Shown: positions 10,346-21,076 of the stretch, piece after piece
How the letters are laid out: each line of letters begins with the position of its first letter
Numbering within the stretch: position 1 is the stretch's first letter
Source of the DNA: Minisyncoccota bacterium
Lineage (GTDB): Bacteria > Patescibacteriota > Minisyncoccia > Phycocordibacterales > UBA918
Direction: 5' to 3'
DNA length: 64,000 nucleotides
Assembly: GCA_021734905.1 (NCBI GenBank)
Contig: JAIPIB010000002.1
Span: forward strand, 111,386 to 175,385
Made by a program: the position numbers and the translations under genes
The notes under the pieces: generated by a model
Databases searched by the model: none
Seen by the model: only the letters and a program-made list of their open reading frames with translations
What the model was told of the DNA's origin: nothing

Positions 10346-11308
10346 TTACTGGAAGTTTTGTTCTAACATCTGATCATCAGATCCTGATGCTGTTTTTTGC
10401 GTCGATATGAGTTTCCCGTCTTGACTCTGTGACAAATCAATTTTGAATAGTGACTGTTCGGCTTCATGCACGTTTTCAAGTGCTTCAACAAAAGATGTCC
10501 TTGTAATTGGGTGTGTCCCAATGTTCACCAGTCGAATTGACTGGAGTGATAAGTCAGATGCTATATAACCATACTGTTCCGGTTCCGTAGGAATCGACTG
10601 AACGTGAGCAATCTTTCCAACAACTCCTGTGTCGAGCGACGGCAAAATGACAACATTGTCTTTTTCAAGAATAACACCTTGAGGGACGCTCAACCGGACG
10701 ACACCACCACCCTCACCTCGTGCTGTTGCAAAAATATTTGGTCCAAAAATGTACACAGTAGCTTCAACTCCTGGTGATGAGAATAACGATACAATCGCTT
10801 CATTTTTATACACAGTCTGTATATAACCAACAGTTTGACCAGATCCTATGTACACAGGAGCATTTTTAGTAATACCATCATTCTCGCCCCTGTCAATTAC
10901 TAACGTATCGTACGGACTATATGGTGGGCGAGAAATGACTCCTGCTAAAATTCTAGGTGAACTTGTTGCCTTAAAGAATGAGTGCAACTCCTCGTTTTCA
11001 TCCCTAAGAAAAGCCATCATTACATCAGTACCTTGCTGTGCCGATACTTGCTGCTTTAAAGCATTAATTTCTTGAACAAGTTCAGTTCTATTACGAATAT
11101 ACATCGGGATTGTTGCGGAAGATTCTGCAAAGTACTGTCTTATTTCGTACACAGGAGCGATGATAAATGCAGAGAAACCTCTTAAAAATTCTTTTCCGAC
11201 AAGGAGTACAACAAAAACAATCAGGACTGGAATTAAATATTTCCAAAAACCAGAATTTTTATGATTGAGGGAATAATTCCCCTTCGTTTTCGATAAGAAG
11301 TTCTTCAT
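10346..11308 (-). CDS. mreC: rod shape-determining protein MreC
   Basis: N-terminal TM + coiled coil, C-terminal beta-rich domain; gene order mreB-mreC; 5' end overlaps mreB 3' end (start may be further downstream). Confidence 0.7.
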   Translation of the reverse strand: MKNFLSKTKGNYSLNHKNSGFWKYLIPVLIVFVVLLVGKEFLRGFSAFIIAPVYEIRQYFAESSATIPMYIRNRTELVQEINALKQQVSAQQGTDVMMAFLRDENEELHSFFKATSSPRILAGVISRPPYSPYDTLVIDRGENDGITKNAPVYIGSGQTVGYIQTVYKNEAIVSLFSSPGVEATVYIFGPNIFATARGEGGGVVRLSVPQGVILEKDNVVILPSLDTGVVGKIAHVQSIPTEPEQYGYIASDLSLQSIRLVNIGTHPITRTSFVEALENVHEAEQSLFKIDLSQSQDGKLISTQKTASGSDDQMLEQNFQ

Positions 11309-12329
11309 AATTTTCTAAATTCTCAAGTACCATTCCAATTCCACGAACTACTGCTCGGAGCGGGTCTGGAACGACGATAACAGAAAGTCCCAGTACACTT
11401 TCAAGTAATTTTGGGACTCCAGGGATAAGCGCTCCGCCACCTGAAAGAGTGATTCCTCGCTGCATAACGTCCGCAAGTACCTCAGGTGGTGTGCGTTCAA
11501 TAACGTCCCGAGTCGCTTCCACAATAGCATTAATTGAACCCATAATTGCTTCTCGAACGTCACTGTCTGTAATGACAACTTCCCGTGGCAAGCCTGTCAC
11601 GACATCTCTTCCTCTAACAATGATTTCTTTAGATTCTCCGTGTTCTTCGACAGAGGCGAGTGCGATTTTTGTATCTTCAGCTGTTCGATCACCAACAAGG
11701 ACTTTGAACTGATCTCGAATATACGTCATGATATCTTGATTGAGGCGATCACCTGCGACACGCAAATTTTTGGCCGTGACAATTCCACTCAGTGATATAA
11801 CTGCAATATCTGTCGTTCCACCACCTATGTCAATTATCATACTTCCCTGCGGTCTATGGATAGGAAGCTTTGCTCCAATAGCAGCAGCAATAGGCTCTTC
11901 TATCAGGTAGACTTCACGCGCTCCGGCATTTTTAGCTGCATCTCGCGCTGCACGCATCTCAACAGAAGTGATCCCAGAAGGAACCCCAATGAGTACACGT
12001 GGGGCAATTATAGTACTTGTCCCCATTCGAACCTTCGCAATAAGATATGCGAGCATTTCCTCTGTTACTTCAAAATCAGAAATGACTCCATTTTGAAGCG
12101 GACGAACGACCTCAATATGCGTTGGCGTTCTACCTTGCATTGTTTTAGCCTCGCTTCCAACAGCCACAAGTTGGCCAGTTTTCTTATTAAAAGCCACAAT
12201 CGTTGGCTCGTTTTGAACAATCCCCTTACCTCTTACGTAGACGAGGGTATTTGCTGTACCAAGATCAATACCAATATCTGTTGATAGTGACCCTAGTATT
12301 TTTTCGATGTAAGAAGAAATTTTGTTCAT
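11259..12329 (-). CDS. mreB: rod shape-determining actin homolog MreB
   Basis: IGIDLGTANTLVYVRGKGIVQNEPTIVA, phosphate-1/2 and adenosine motifs of actin/Hsp70 fold. Confidence 0.9.
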   Translation of the reverse strand: MNKISSYIEKILGSLSTDIGIDLGTANTLVYVRGKGIVQNEPTIVAFNKKTGQLVAVGSEAKTMQGRTPTHIEVVRPLQNGVISDFEVTEEMLAYLIAKVRMGTSTIIAPRVLIGVPSGITSVEMRAARDAAKNAGAREVYLIEEPIAAAIGAKLPIHRPQGSMIIDIGGGTTDIAVISLSGIVTAKNLRVAGDRLNQDIMTYIRDQFKVLVGDRTAEDTKIALASVEEHGESKEIIVRGRDVVTGLPREVVITDSDVREAIMGSINAIVEATRDVIERTPPEVLADVMQRGITLSGGGALIPGVPKLLESVLGLSVIVVPDPLRAVVRGIGMVLENLENYEELLIENEGELFPQS

Positions 12330-13591
12330 TATGAATTAGCACCTAAAAATTTATGATGAAGTTCCTCCTCAGTCAAATAATGTACAGTGCCGTTTGCTCG
12401 CTCAACAACTTCAAACTTTCCTTCTTCTTTAGTCTTTTTACTTACCACTATGCGATATGGCATACCCAAAAGGTCACTGTCATTGAATTTTTCACCCGCA
12501 CGCACGTCCCGATCATCATAGAGAACGTGAACACCATTATCATTAAAAGTATTATACAAACCATTGGCAAAGTCTTTAATCTCTTCATTATCTCCAGAGA
12601 GCTCTACTAGATGTACCTGGTACGGAGCAATGCTTTCTGGCCAAACAATCCCTTTATCATCCGAAAATTTTTCAACGACAACGCCCATGAGGCGAGTGAT
12701 CCCAATTCCGTACGACCCCATCCAAATAGGAATATTTTCTCCTGACTCATCCTTAAATGTAAGACCAATATCCTCTGCTTTTTGTCGTCCAAAATTAAAT
12801 ATATTTCCCACTTCTGCAGTCTTTGCCATCTGCAATTCGTCACGTGTGATGCCAAGTTTCGTGAGTGTTTCATCATTTAATACCTCTTCATTGATTGCAA
12901 TATTTTTTTCACGATTGAAGTAAACAACGTCTTCTCCTGCGTCTGTAATGGTTTGAAATTCATGTGAAAACTGTGTAAATGCACCACCAGAAGCAAAGGT
13001 AATGAATGTGTCTTCGGCTATACCGAGACGTGCATATACTCGCATGTATGCATCCATAGTCGCATTGTAGAAAGCAGTATGGTCTTCCTCTCCAACACAG
13101 AACGAATACATATCCTTCATAACGAACTCTCTGCCACGCATAATACCGCTCTTTGCTCGAAGTTCATTGCGGAGCTTGGTCTGAAACTGGTAAACATAGA
13201 CAGGAAGATCCTTATAGCTTGAAATATAGTTTTTCATCATTTCACCAATCGGTTCCTCATGACTCCATCCAAAACCCACTTCTCCTCCAGCTTTGAGTTC
13301 TGACTTAAACCATACATCAACCATTGAGTCATCCCATCTATTCGTTCGTTCCCAAATTTCCTTCCGCTGCAAAGCAGTCATAATGAGTTCTTGGCCTCCT
13401 ACAGCATTCATCTCCTGTCGAGTTATCTCCTTTATCTTCTCGAGAACACGAATACCGAGAGGAAGATATGCGTAGACGCCAGCCATTTCCTTGTGTACAT
13501 ATCCAGCACGTATTAGCAGCTGAGCATTGTGCGATGTCTCATCTGCAGGAACCTCCTTGCGCGTTTTTGTAAATAAACGAGATTGCTTCAT
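12329..13591 (-). CDS. proS: prolyl-tRNA synthetase, compact form without INS editing domain (start at internal ATG MKQSRLF)
   Basis: N-terminus aligns with bacterial ProRS (VPADE...LLIRAGY...LPLGIRVLEKI...ELIMTALQRKEIWERTNRW). Confidence 0.85.
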   Translation of the reverse strand: MKQSRLFTKTRKEVPADETSHNAQLLIRAGYVHKEMAGVYAYLPLGIRVLEKIKEITRQEMNAVGGQELIMTALQRKEIWERTNRWDDSMVDVWFKSELKAGGEVGFGWSHEEPIGEMMKNYISSYKDLPVYVYQFQTKLRNELRAKSGIMRGREFVMKDMYSFCVGEEDHTAFYNATMDAYMRVYARLGIAEDTFITFASGGAFTQFSHEFQTITDAGEDVVYFNREKNIAINEEVLNDETLTKLGITRDELQMAKTAEVGNIFNFGRQKAEDIGLTFKDESGENIPIWMGSYGIGITRLMGVVVEKFSDDKGIVWPESIAPYQVHLVELSGDNEEIKDFANGLYNTFNDNGVHVLYDDRDVRAGEKFNDSDLLGMPYRIVVSKKTKEEGKFEVVERANGTVHYLTEEELHHKFLGANS

Positions 13592-13798
13592 ACATACTAG
13601 ATTACCCAATAATAAAACTCCTCCAACAAACACAGTACAAAAACTTACCTGCCTGAACAAGAAGAATACTTGTGATTTAACTATTCTATCGTCAAACAGC
13701 GCGACGGTAAAGAACTACTGTTTTGCATCCAAAACCAGCACACACCGCAATAGAGCTAGTCTAGTTAATGAATACCAGCAGTACTATAGTTAGAATTC

Positions 13799-14893
13799 TT
13801 AAATAAGTCTTGCAACATCATTCCACGTCACAACAATCATAAGAGAAATAAGGAGTAGAAAACCAAATGTGTTAAGTACTGCTACATATCGAGGCGCAAT
13901 CGGTGACCCCTTTACTGCTTCGATAATCACAAAAAGTAGTCTCCCCCCATCAAGAGCTGGGAATGGCAGAATATTTATAACAGCAAGATTAAGGGAAATA
14001 AATGCCGTAAACATAAGAAGAGCTGTAACACCGAATGCTGATGTCTCTCCAACGAGACCGACAATTCCAACAGGTCCGGCAATCTGTGAATAGTCTGCTC
14101 GCATAAGGACTGTGTCAACAAGGAGTTGTGAAATTCCAACAACAATATCTCTAGTACTTGTTATTGTATAGATAAATGAATCAGATACAGCATTCACAAA
14201 TGAGCGTTGCACAGTATCAACCTGAACCATCGCAATACCAATTGCATGTTGAGAGGGGTTATCAGAAATAATCCCGGGCTCAGAAGCAAGTCTCACAACA
14301 TTTGGTTCTCCTTTATACACAGAGACAACGGTGAGTGGTGTTTCAACATGTGTAGCAACAAATGCGCTAAATGTTGATGGTTTTAAAACATCAAGTGTCT
14401 CGCCTCCAGCCTCAACACTTTTTACAACTGTACCTGGTAGTATCCCAGCACGCTCCGCAGGACTACCAGCAAGAACATCGGTAATAGTAAGTTTTGCATT
14501 TTCAGTCGCGTTATCTTCTGATACTGACGTCTGGACACCAATACCGAAAGCAATTGCAACAAGAAACCAAGCAAACAAAATGTTCATGCTAATACCAGCA
14601 ACAAGAACCGCGCTTTGAGCCCATTTACTCTTTGATGCAAAAGAACCTTGTGTATACTCTTTATTAACAGAATCATCAAAAGAATCTTCACCAAATATTT
14701 TTACAAATCCACCTATGGGAAACAAATTAAAACTGTACAGGGTGTCACCTCGCCGAATGCCGAAAAGTCGAGGTGGGAATCCAATACCGAACTCATCAAC
14801 ACGCATTCCTGTCCATTTTGCGATAGCAAAATGCCCCAACTCATGAACAAGGACTAGCACAAAAAGAACACCTAAAAAAAGGAGAATTGACAT
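13799..14893 (-). CDS. rseP: RIP zinc metalloprotease RseP (site-2 protease, M50)
   Basis: HELGHF HExxH in first TM, PDZ region, C-terminal LDGG motif. Confidence 0.85.
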   Translation of the reverse strand: MSILLFLGVLFVLVLVHELGHFAIAKWTGMRVDEFGIGFPPRLFGIRRGDTLYSFNLFPIGGFVKIFGEDSFDDSVNKEYTQGSFASKSKWAQSAVLVAGISMNILFAWFLVAIAFGIGVQTSVSEDNATENAKLTITDVLAGSPAERAGILPGTVVKSVEAGGETLDVLKPSTFSAFVATHVETPLTVVSVYKGEPNVVRLASEPGIISDNPSQHAIGIAMVQVDTVQRSFVNAVSDSFIYTITSTRDIVVGISQLLVDTVLMRADYSQIAGPVGIVGLVGETSAFGVTALLMFTAFISLNLAVINILPFPALDGGRLLFVIIEAVKGSPIAPRYVAVLNTFGFLLLISLMIVVTWNDVARLI

Positions 14894-14894
14894 A

Positions 14895-15446
14895 CTACTG
14901 ATTAATTTCTTTTTCCTTTAGATCAAAATGTTTTTCGAGTGTCAAATTAAAAGTATCGACTCGCTTCTGTAAGTCCTCCTTTGTAGAGAATTTTGTATCT
15001 TGGCTTATTTCTCCTGACTTCTCGAGACTATCAATTTCTTTTACAGCTTCATCTCGAGCACCTCGAAGTGATACTCGTGACTCCTCGAGTTTAGATTTTG
15101 CAATTTTAAGAAGTTGAATACGTCGTTCGCTTGTTAATTCTGGGAAGATTACACGAACTCCGGCTCCATCAGCAGCAACGGAGACTCCAAGATCTGCATC
15201 AGTAATAGCACGTTCAACTTCTTTTATGACTGCTTGGTCCCATACAGAAATACGTAGTGTTCGTGCATCCTCAACACTCACTGAACCAACCTGCTGAATC
15301 GGTACACGTGCACCATATGACTCAATAAGGACAAGGTCAAGAAGCATCGGTGTTGCTCTCCCTGTCCGAATACTTGAAAACTCACGTTCAAGCCAACTAA
15401 CAACTTCCGTACCCCTTTCTTCAAAATTTTTTACTGCATGTGGCAT
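14895..15446 (-). CDS. frr: ribosome recycling factor
   Basis: 183 aa; characteristic RRF sequence (SIRTGRATP, RISVWD). Confidence 0.9.
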   Translation of the reverse strand: MPHAVKNFEERGTEVVSWLEREFSSIRTGRATPMLLDLVLIESYGARVPIQQVGSVSVEDARTLRISVWDQAVIKEVERAITDADLGVSVAADGAGVRVIFPELTSERRIQLLKIAKSKLEESRVSLRGARDEAVKEIDSLEKSGEISQDTKFSTKEDLQKRVDTFNLTLEKHFDLKEKEINQ

Positions 15447-15553
15447 ATAATGTTCATTCTAACGCATTTCTTCCTCTTCTCAAAGAGAAATCTTAACGTT
15501 ATTAAATCCTTATTGATAATTAATTTACTTAACTCACACAAACAGTACACAAC

Positions 15554-16165
15554 CTACGTTCCTAAAGGAAGTGTAAGTGCGATATGTTCTAGAAGCATTT
15601 TTTTTGAACTTCCATTGGTATGGATGTAGGACTCAAGAATAAGAACGTCACGCATCAGGTCCAGATTTTTTTGGGTATGCGCATACAGACTTAGTCCCAT
15701 GACGATTTCCTGTACTAACTTTGTAGCATCGTCACTATCGAGAATCTGTGTAATATGAATCAACCGATCTTTATATTGCGCTACTTTGAACTTTTCAAAC
15801 TCCTGAAAAATTTTTACATTTTCTTCTTCAATTACCATTCTGTGCAGCCTTGATAATAGTGTCGGGAGGAGTCCATCTGCACGTGGCATAATCAAATAGA
15901 AGATCGTATGGCTGTTTGGTTCCTCAAAAAGTTTAAGCAGTGCATTTTGTGCTTCGCGAAGTATTGATGAACAGACAATAACAAAACTGCGATACGTTCG
16001 ATTGATCGGTCGCATGTTCGCTTCATGGGTAAGTGCACGAACATGAGCGATGGTGAGTTTGTCATGTTGAATGACAGAGACATCTGCTCCAGGTACTTTG
16101 TCTTCTAGAGGTACCTGAGCAAGCGCCTGATCTGTCTCTCCGATGAGTAAATTTGCATGGTGCAT
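15554..16165 (-). CDS. holB: DNA polymerase III delta' subunit-like (compact)
   Basis: HHANLLIG (cf. HHALLI), ALLKLFEEP (cf. ALLKTLEEP), SRLH/SRC sensor motifs; only 203 aa. Confidence 0.6.
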   Translation of the reverse strand: MHHANLLIGETDQALAQVPLEDKVPGADVSVIQHDKLTIAHVRALTHEANMRPINRTYRSFVIVCSSILREAQNALLKLFEEPNSHTIFYLIMPRADGLLPTLLSRLHRMVIEEENVKIFQEFEKFKVAQYKDRLIHITQILDSDDATKLVQEIVMGLSLYAHTQKNLDLMRDVLILESYIHTNGSSKKMLLEHIALTLPLGT

Positions 16166-16186
16166 ACGCGTATATGTAGCATACTA

Positions 16187-17848
16187 CTACACGTTGCGTC
16201 TCTTGAGAATTCTTTGAAGTACTCGACGTAAATAGTGTTCAAAAGTCTCAGCTATGGTATAGGCAATACCCTGTTCATGCCGCCAGGCATCAACATATTC
16301 TTTAATAGCTCTTAAGGTCTTAGGGTCAGATCCTTCCCATCGTCCAGATACTACTTCCCCCATACTTAATGAAGCCAGTTTGAGATAGAGTGGATGTTCA
16401 GATCCTCCGGGGCCGGTGCCAAACAAACCACTTCCGTCAAAGATGGACCACTCATGAAGAAGTTGATTCAATGCAGTTGATATCTCAGGAGTAACCAAGT
16501 CTGACTGTTGGGGGGCGGCGATATTGGTTGTGGTAATATTTTCTTTTATAGAATCTGCTTGCTTTATTTCTTGTGAAGGCGGAATGTTGTTTTGAACCGA
16601 ACCTTCTTTCTCTTTCGGAAAAGAAGCAAACGGGTTATCTTTCTTCTCTGGGATATTCTCCGGTATCGTCACAGGCGCTGGTTTATCTTCAAGAAATGCC
16701 TGCCCAGAAGCAGGTGAAGGAATCGTCTGAATATTAGTTTTTTCTTGAGAAGGTTCTTCTGCATTAATTGATGGAGGTGTCGTCATTGGAGTCGCTGAAG
16801 TTTTAATCACATCTTTAACCGCTGTTTGTTCTTCTTGTGGTTCTACCTCTTTTATATCCTTTTTTATAACAGAGTCCTTAGTCGAAGCTATGTCTATTTC
16901 TTCTTTTTTATCATATTCTGACGCAACCTCTTCTTTTTTAACTTCATGTATTCGTATTTCCGGTACCGTTTTCTTATTTTCGTTACTTTTTATCAATTCC
17001 TGAAATGCATTCTCAAGAGTATTCATCAGTCCATCTACTCCCTCAGTTCCGTTTCCACCAGTAGCCTTAAGTGCGCCAAGAAGTGCTGTCATGTACGCCC
17101 TTCCGAGAACATTTTCTGGATCAACAAGAGCAACTGGGTTGCCATAATGTTCATTCACGATTCGTTTAATTTCTGAAATTCTTGTTTTATGTTCTTCAAG
17201 GGTTCTAAATATTTGTTTCGGTGCTTCTTCTACTTTCGTTTCGACAACTACCGGTGCTGTAATGTCTGTAGTTCTGTTTACACCCAACTGGTCACTTTCG
17301 CTCAAAACATTAGCTGATTCATGATGCTGTTGTTCAATATCGTTCGGTAACACAACGACACCATTTTCACTCTTTGTATCATTGTCCTCCTGTTGAACAC
17401 GACCAAACGTTGGCTGCAATCTTCGTGAACTTGTCGCAGGGACAGATCTTTTTTGATCTGAAGCAGTTGCAGACTTCTGAGTATCATTCTGGACTATGTT
17501 AGGTTTACCTGAAAACTCATGAGCGCCACTTTGCACAAGATCTTTCTGTTGAAGCTCACGCGGCTTAGCTTGAACTAAATCATTCCTTTGTGGAGTATTT
17601 TGGTTTGTCTTGCCAAATTTTGCAATAACAACACTAATTTGTTTTTTGAGTTCAGCATCACCACCATGTTGAGCATACTGCAAAATAAGGTCTCTAAAAT
17701 CAGAATATTCTGAAGCGTCAGTTAATTTTTCTTTTGCAGTTCGAAGGACTTCAGTAAGACCTTGCCAACTTTGCAAATCAAAGACAGAAGGCTCTACTGC
17801 CTTTCCGCTATGTACAACCGCACTTTGTAAAGTACTATTCCCTCCCAT
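16187..17848 (-). CDS. hypothetical protein, mostly low-complexity/acidic-polar disordered, structured ~90-aa C-terminal domain
   Basis: ORF track; compositional inspection; no recognisable motifs; immediately downstream of the large ATPase. Confidence 0.5.
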   Translation of the reverse strand: MGGNSTLQSAVVHSGKAVEPSVFDLQSWQGLTEVLRTAKEKLTDASEYSDFRDLILQYAQHGGDAELKKQISVVIAKFGKTNQNTPQRNDLVQAKPRELQQKDLVQSGAHEFSGKPNIVQNDTQKSATASDQKRSVPATSSRRLQPTFGRVQQEDNDTKSENGVVVLPNDIEQQHHESANVLSESDQLGVNRTTDITAPVVVETKVEEAPKQIFRTLEEHKTRISEIKRIVNEHYGNPVALVDPENVLGRAYMTALLGALKATGGNGTEGVDGLMNTLENAFQELIKSNENKKTVPEIRIHEVKKEEVASEYDKKEEIDIASTKDSVIKKDIKEVEPQEEQTAVKDVIKTSATPMTTPPSINAEEPSQEKTNIQTIPSPASGQAFLEDKPAPVTIPENIPEKKDNPFASFPKEKEGSVQNNIPPSQEIKQADSIKENITTTNIAAPQQSDLVTPEISTALNQLLHEWSIFDGSGLFGTGPGGSEHPLYLKLASLSMGEVVSGRWEGSDPKTLRAIKEYVDAWRHEQGIAYTIAETFEHYLRRVLQRILKRRNV

Positions 17849-17905
17849 ATTTCATGATTGTAACACTCTCTGTTTTAAAATTTATCGAATTGACGTTGAT
17901 AACTT

Positions 17906-20638
17906 CTAACTCATGTACCGTGCACGAATTTCTGCATCAACAATTTCTCGTGACGTCCCATATCGAAGTGATGAAAATTCAATCATTTGTTTTGCATACT
18001 CAAGATCTGTGTCATTCGGCTTTATTGTATGAATACTAAATGGTGTAGTTGGTGAGCCATCAGAAAGTAATCGTACGTATGCATTTCTGTTTTCAATATT
18101 AACCAAATCGCTCGCAGAAAAAACTGGTTCAAACTGTTTTGCAAGAACCTCTGCATCGTCCGTACCTACGCGAAATGCCGCAATAGAGCCAATGTTTCCA
18201 AAAATAGAATCCCTAATTCCTTCCTCTATCTGCGCAATATATTGATGCGCAATAGTTAGCCCAAGTTTATATTTCCTTGCTTCAGAAAGAATACTCGATA
18301 TCGAGTCAGTTGTAACATTTTGAAACTCATCTATATAAAGGTAGAACGGTGGAGCCGACTTACTCACATCGTCGACCCTTGAGAGTGCAGCCATGAGAAT
18401 CTTCCCAACAATTATCATTCCAATTAAATTTGAGTTAATTTCACCAAGTTTCCCTTTCGAAAGATTAACAAGAAGGATTTTTTTAGAGTCCATAATCTCT
18501 CTAAAATTAAACGATGATTTTTGCTGACCAATAATAGGGCGCATGTAGTCATTTGCCGTAAAGACATCGAATTTAGAAACAATGTAAGGGACAATATTTT
18601 CAAGTGAAGCCTCTCCCCCTGCTTTAGATGCAATTTGTTTCCAAAATTGTACAACGACTGGGTTCTTTGCCTTACTCAATTTATATGCGCGATATTCTGC
18701 ATCTGCCATTACACGAGAGATATCGAGTAAGGTGCTTCCAGACTCTGGATCTTCAAGAACAAGCAGGGTCGCATTTCTAAAATATTGTTCAAACATTGGA
18801 CCCATTGATTCAGGGTTTCCACCGTACAGTTTTTGGAAGATAGAGAAAAGTTCATTAACGACAAAAGTTTTTTGCTCGGGAAATCGTGGATCAAAATCAA
18901 GCATATTGAGACCTATTGCTGTGTCCATGTTTGATGGATCAAAATAAATAAGATCATCCATACGCTCTGGAGGAATAGTCGAAAGGACATCAAAAATATC
19001 AGTACCGAGTGGGTCAATCATACAAACACCAGCTCCCTCTTGAATGTCTTGAGCAATCATGTTCTTAAGAAGAGTCGTCTTACCGGTACCGGTTTGTCCA
19101 ATAACATAGAAATGCCTCAATCGGTCTTCAGGAGTGAGGTATATCTTTTTCTTTGTGTTACGAAATTCATTCTCACCCAAGAGTGTTCCGTGGACTGGCA
19201 TATCAATTGGTGCAGGAGCATGCTTTGCACGAGATTGTTTAAACTGAGGTGATGACTCGACTCCTTCAGAGGGAAAATGAATAAGGGTTGAGAGTTCCGT
19301 GAGTGACAATGGCATCTTTTGGGATGCAACATACTCTCGAAATGAAAATGCTTTCAGTCCTCGTATTTTATTAATACCTTTCTGTCGATTTGCCACGAGC
19401 TGATTGCCACGTGTATTTTGAAACTGATTAAAACTTGATTCGAGTTCCGTGAGAATTTGATTTGCTCGCTCATCCGTTTGAGCAGAAACCACAAGTCGAA
19501 TGTTTGTATTTATGATTGGTGAAGAAATTTTTGTATTAAAAAGCTCAATTTTCTCTGTATTAATTTTTGATTCTGGATACTCTTCTTTTTGATTACTTGA
19601 TGCAAATCCTGCAGCAAAGCCTTTAAAGCCTTCAAATAATTCACCTCCGAGCGTACTCTTGCGTATAGCAACATCAGTCTCCTCACCTTTTTCCATCCGA
19701 TGAGTAATACCTCCATACGTATGGTTATAGAACTCAGCATCACCTGAGATAACGACCTGGACTGATGCACCACCACCATCCCGTTCGATTTTTGAAAAGG
19801 CATTAAGTAGAACAGCAAGCGGATCATTCTCAAAAGCATCATGCATCTTCAGTGGATAAATTGGATGTTTCTTTTGGGAGAGGACAGAGAGCATACTTGA
19901 TCCACCGTCAACAAAAATATTGTAATCATTTTGCTGCTCCAAGAGTACAGCATGAGGAAAGAGTGAAAGAGCTTGTTTTTCAAAAAGATTCACAAACTCG
20001 TTTGGCACGCTTACATAAAATATAATGTCATCTCGCTTGTCCGAGACAGCAATTTCGAGCGTATAGTGAAGTTTCTGCTTCCCACCAGAAATGGTCTGCA
20101 TTCCAGCATAAAATTGCTCCATTCCAGAAAAGAGAGATTTTATATTTTCCGTATGCTCATCTTCCTTATTTCTTGGAAGTGCAATTTCATACAAAGTCAT
20201 ACTAAGTACTTTCCATAGAGGGGCTCCTTTTTCAAGGTCTGCGATTTTACTTTCGCCACGAAGTTTCGCTACCATATTACGATGTACCTCATCAGTTAAA
20301 AATGGGTCGCTCATTTTTTCCAGCACTGAAAGAGCGTTCCGAACACCTTTCTCCTCAGCAAGCACTAGGATCTGATCAACTTTATGTGTGGCTGTTTCAA
20401 GCGATGCATGTGCTGTTGAAATTTCTCTTGCGTCAAAAGCGTGATTCTTGTTAAGAACAACAGAAGGATCATGTTCAGCGTATTCACGCATTACTTCCTT
20501 ACCAATAGTCTCATGATCAATAGAATCAATATCCTTATTTCGTTCAAGTAATTCACGTTCACGTCGCGCGACTTCCGTACGCAAAAAAGCGATCTCTTCA
20601 TCCGGCGAAGAAAATTTTTTCAGTGGCGTTTGTTCCAT
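17906..20638 (-). CDS. large P-loop ATPase of the FtsK-HerA/VirB4(TraC)-like superfamily with ~450-aa uncharacterised N-terminal domain
   Basis: Walker A IGQTGTGKTTLL at ~aa 515, Walker B YLYIDEFQN, downstream IAHQ/RVGTDD motifs typical of conjugative/T4SS-type ATPases; exact family not resolvable by eye. Confidence 0.6.
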   Translation of the reverse strand: MEQTPLKKFSSPDEEIAFLRTEVARRERELLERNKDIDSIDHETIGKEVMREYAEHDPSVVLNKNHAFDAREISTAHASLETATHKVDQILVLAEEKGVRNALSVLEKMSDPFLTDEVHRNMVAKLRGESKIADLEKGAPLWKVLSMTLYEIALPRNKEDEHTENIKSLFSGMEQFYAGMQTISGGKQKLHYTLEIAVSDKRDDIIFYVSVPNEFVNLFEKQALSLFPHAVLLEQQNDYNIFVDGGSSMLSVLSQKKHPIYPLKMHDAFENDPLAVLLNAFSKIERDGGGASVQVVISGDAEFYNHTYGGITHRMEKGEETDVAIRKSTLGGELFEGFKGFAAGFASSNQKEEYPESKINTEKIELFNTKISSPIINTNIRLVVSAQTDERANQILTELESSFNQFQNTRGNQLVANRQKGINKIRGLKAFSFREYVASQKMPLSLTELSTLIHFPSEGVESSPQFKQSRAKHAPAPIDMPVHGTLLGENEFRNTKKKIYLTPEDRLRHFYVIGQTGTGKTTLLKNMIAQDIQEGAGVCMIDPLGTDIFDVLSTIPPERMDDLIYFDPSNMDTAIGLNMLDFDPRFPEQKTFVVNELFSIFQKLYGGNPESMGPMFEQYFRNATLLVLEDPESGSTLLDISRVMADAEYRAYKLSKAKNPVVVQFWKQIASKAGGEASLENIVPYIVSKFDVFTANDYMRPIIGQQKSSFNFREIMDSKKILLVNLSKGKLGEINSNLIGMIIVGKILMAALSRVDDVSKSAPPFYLYIDEFQNVTTDSISSILSEARKYKLGLTIAHQYIAQIEEGIRDSIFGNIGSIAAFRVGTDDAEVLAKQFEPVFSASDLVNIENRNAYVRLLSDGSPTTPFSIHTIKPNDTDLEYAKQMIEFSSLRYGTSREIVDAEIRARYMS

Positions 20639-20689
20639 ATTACTATCATACCCTGCTTACGCACCAGAGTAAGTACATGTAGGGGGAAA

Positions 20690-20738
20690 ATATAAAATAA
20701 AAACGGCCGGTGAATGAGAAGATTCCCATTCACCGGCC
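20690..20738 (-). terminator. intrinsic terminator on minus strand (12-bp stem GGCCGGTGAATG + T-run) after small membrane protein gene
   Basis: perfect stem 20705-20716/20727-20738; A-run on plus strand 20690-20703. Confidence 0.65.
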
Positions 20739-20755
20739 TGTACCAGCCTATCCTT

Positions 20756-21076
20756 TCACATCGTCCGCACGATGCAAGGCAACGTCTCAACCTCTGGCGG
20801 CCTAAGGAACATTTGCTTCACATCGTAACGGACATAACGTTGTACCGTGATGGTGCATACACCATCAGCGGATACTGTTCTCGTTTGTCGAACGCGAACG
20901 AGACCTGAGCCAGATGATGCATCGAGAGTCGTATTCATGACCTCATTGTGAGCTTTCCCGTTTCCCGACCAAACTTGAAGAGTGAAGACTCCAAGGGCCC
21001 AAAGGAGAACAGTAAAAATTGAAGCTACCAAAACAGTTCCGAAGTTCAACCACTTAAATCTCCATTTGTTGTTCAT
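20756..21076 (-). CDS. small N-terminally membrane-anchored protein (possible VirB3-like partner of the ATPase)
   Basis: ~106 aa from internal Met, one hydrophobic helix, sits immediately upstream of the VirB4-like gene as VirB3 does. Confidence 0.35.
   Translation of the reverse strand: MNNKWRFKWLNFGTVLVASIFTVLLWALGVFTLQVWSGNGKAHNEVMNTTLDASSGSGLVRVRQTRTVSADGVCTITVQRYVRYDVKQMFLRPPEVETLPCIVRTM

Noticed and set aside
17906-20638. Assignment of the large ATPase specifically as FtsK/SpoIIIE or as VirD4 coupling protein
   Set aside because: No N-terminal TM helices (VirD4) and no DEFADL / gamma domain (FtsK). Only superfamily-level assignment retained.
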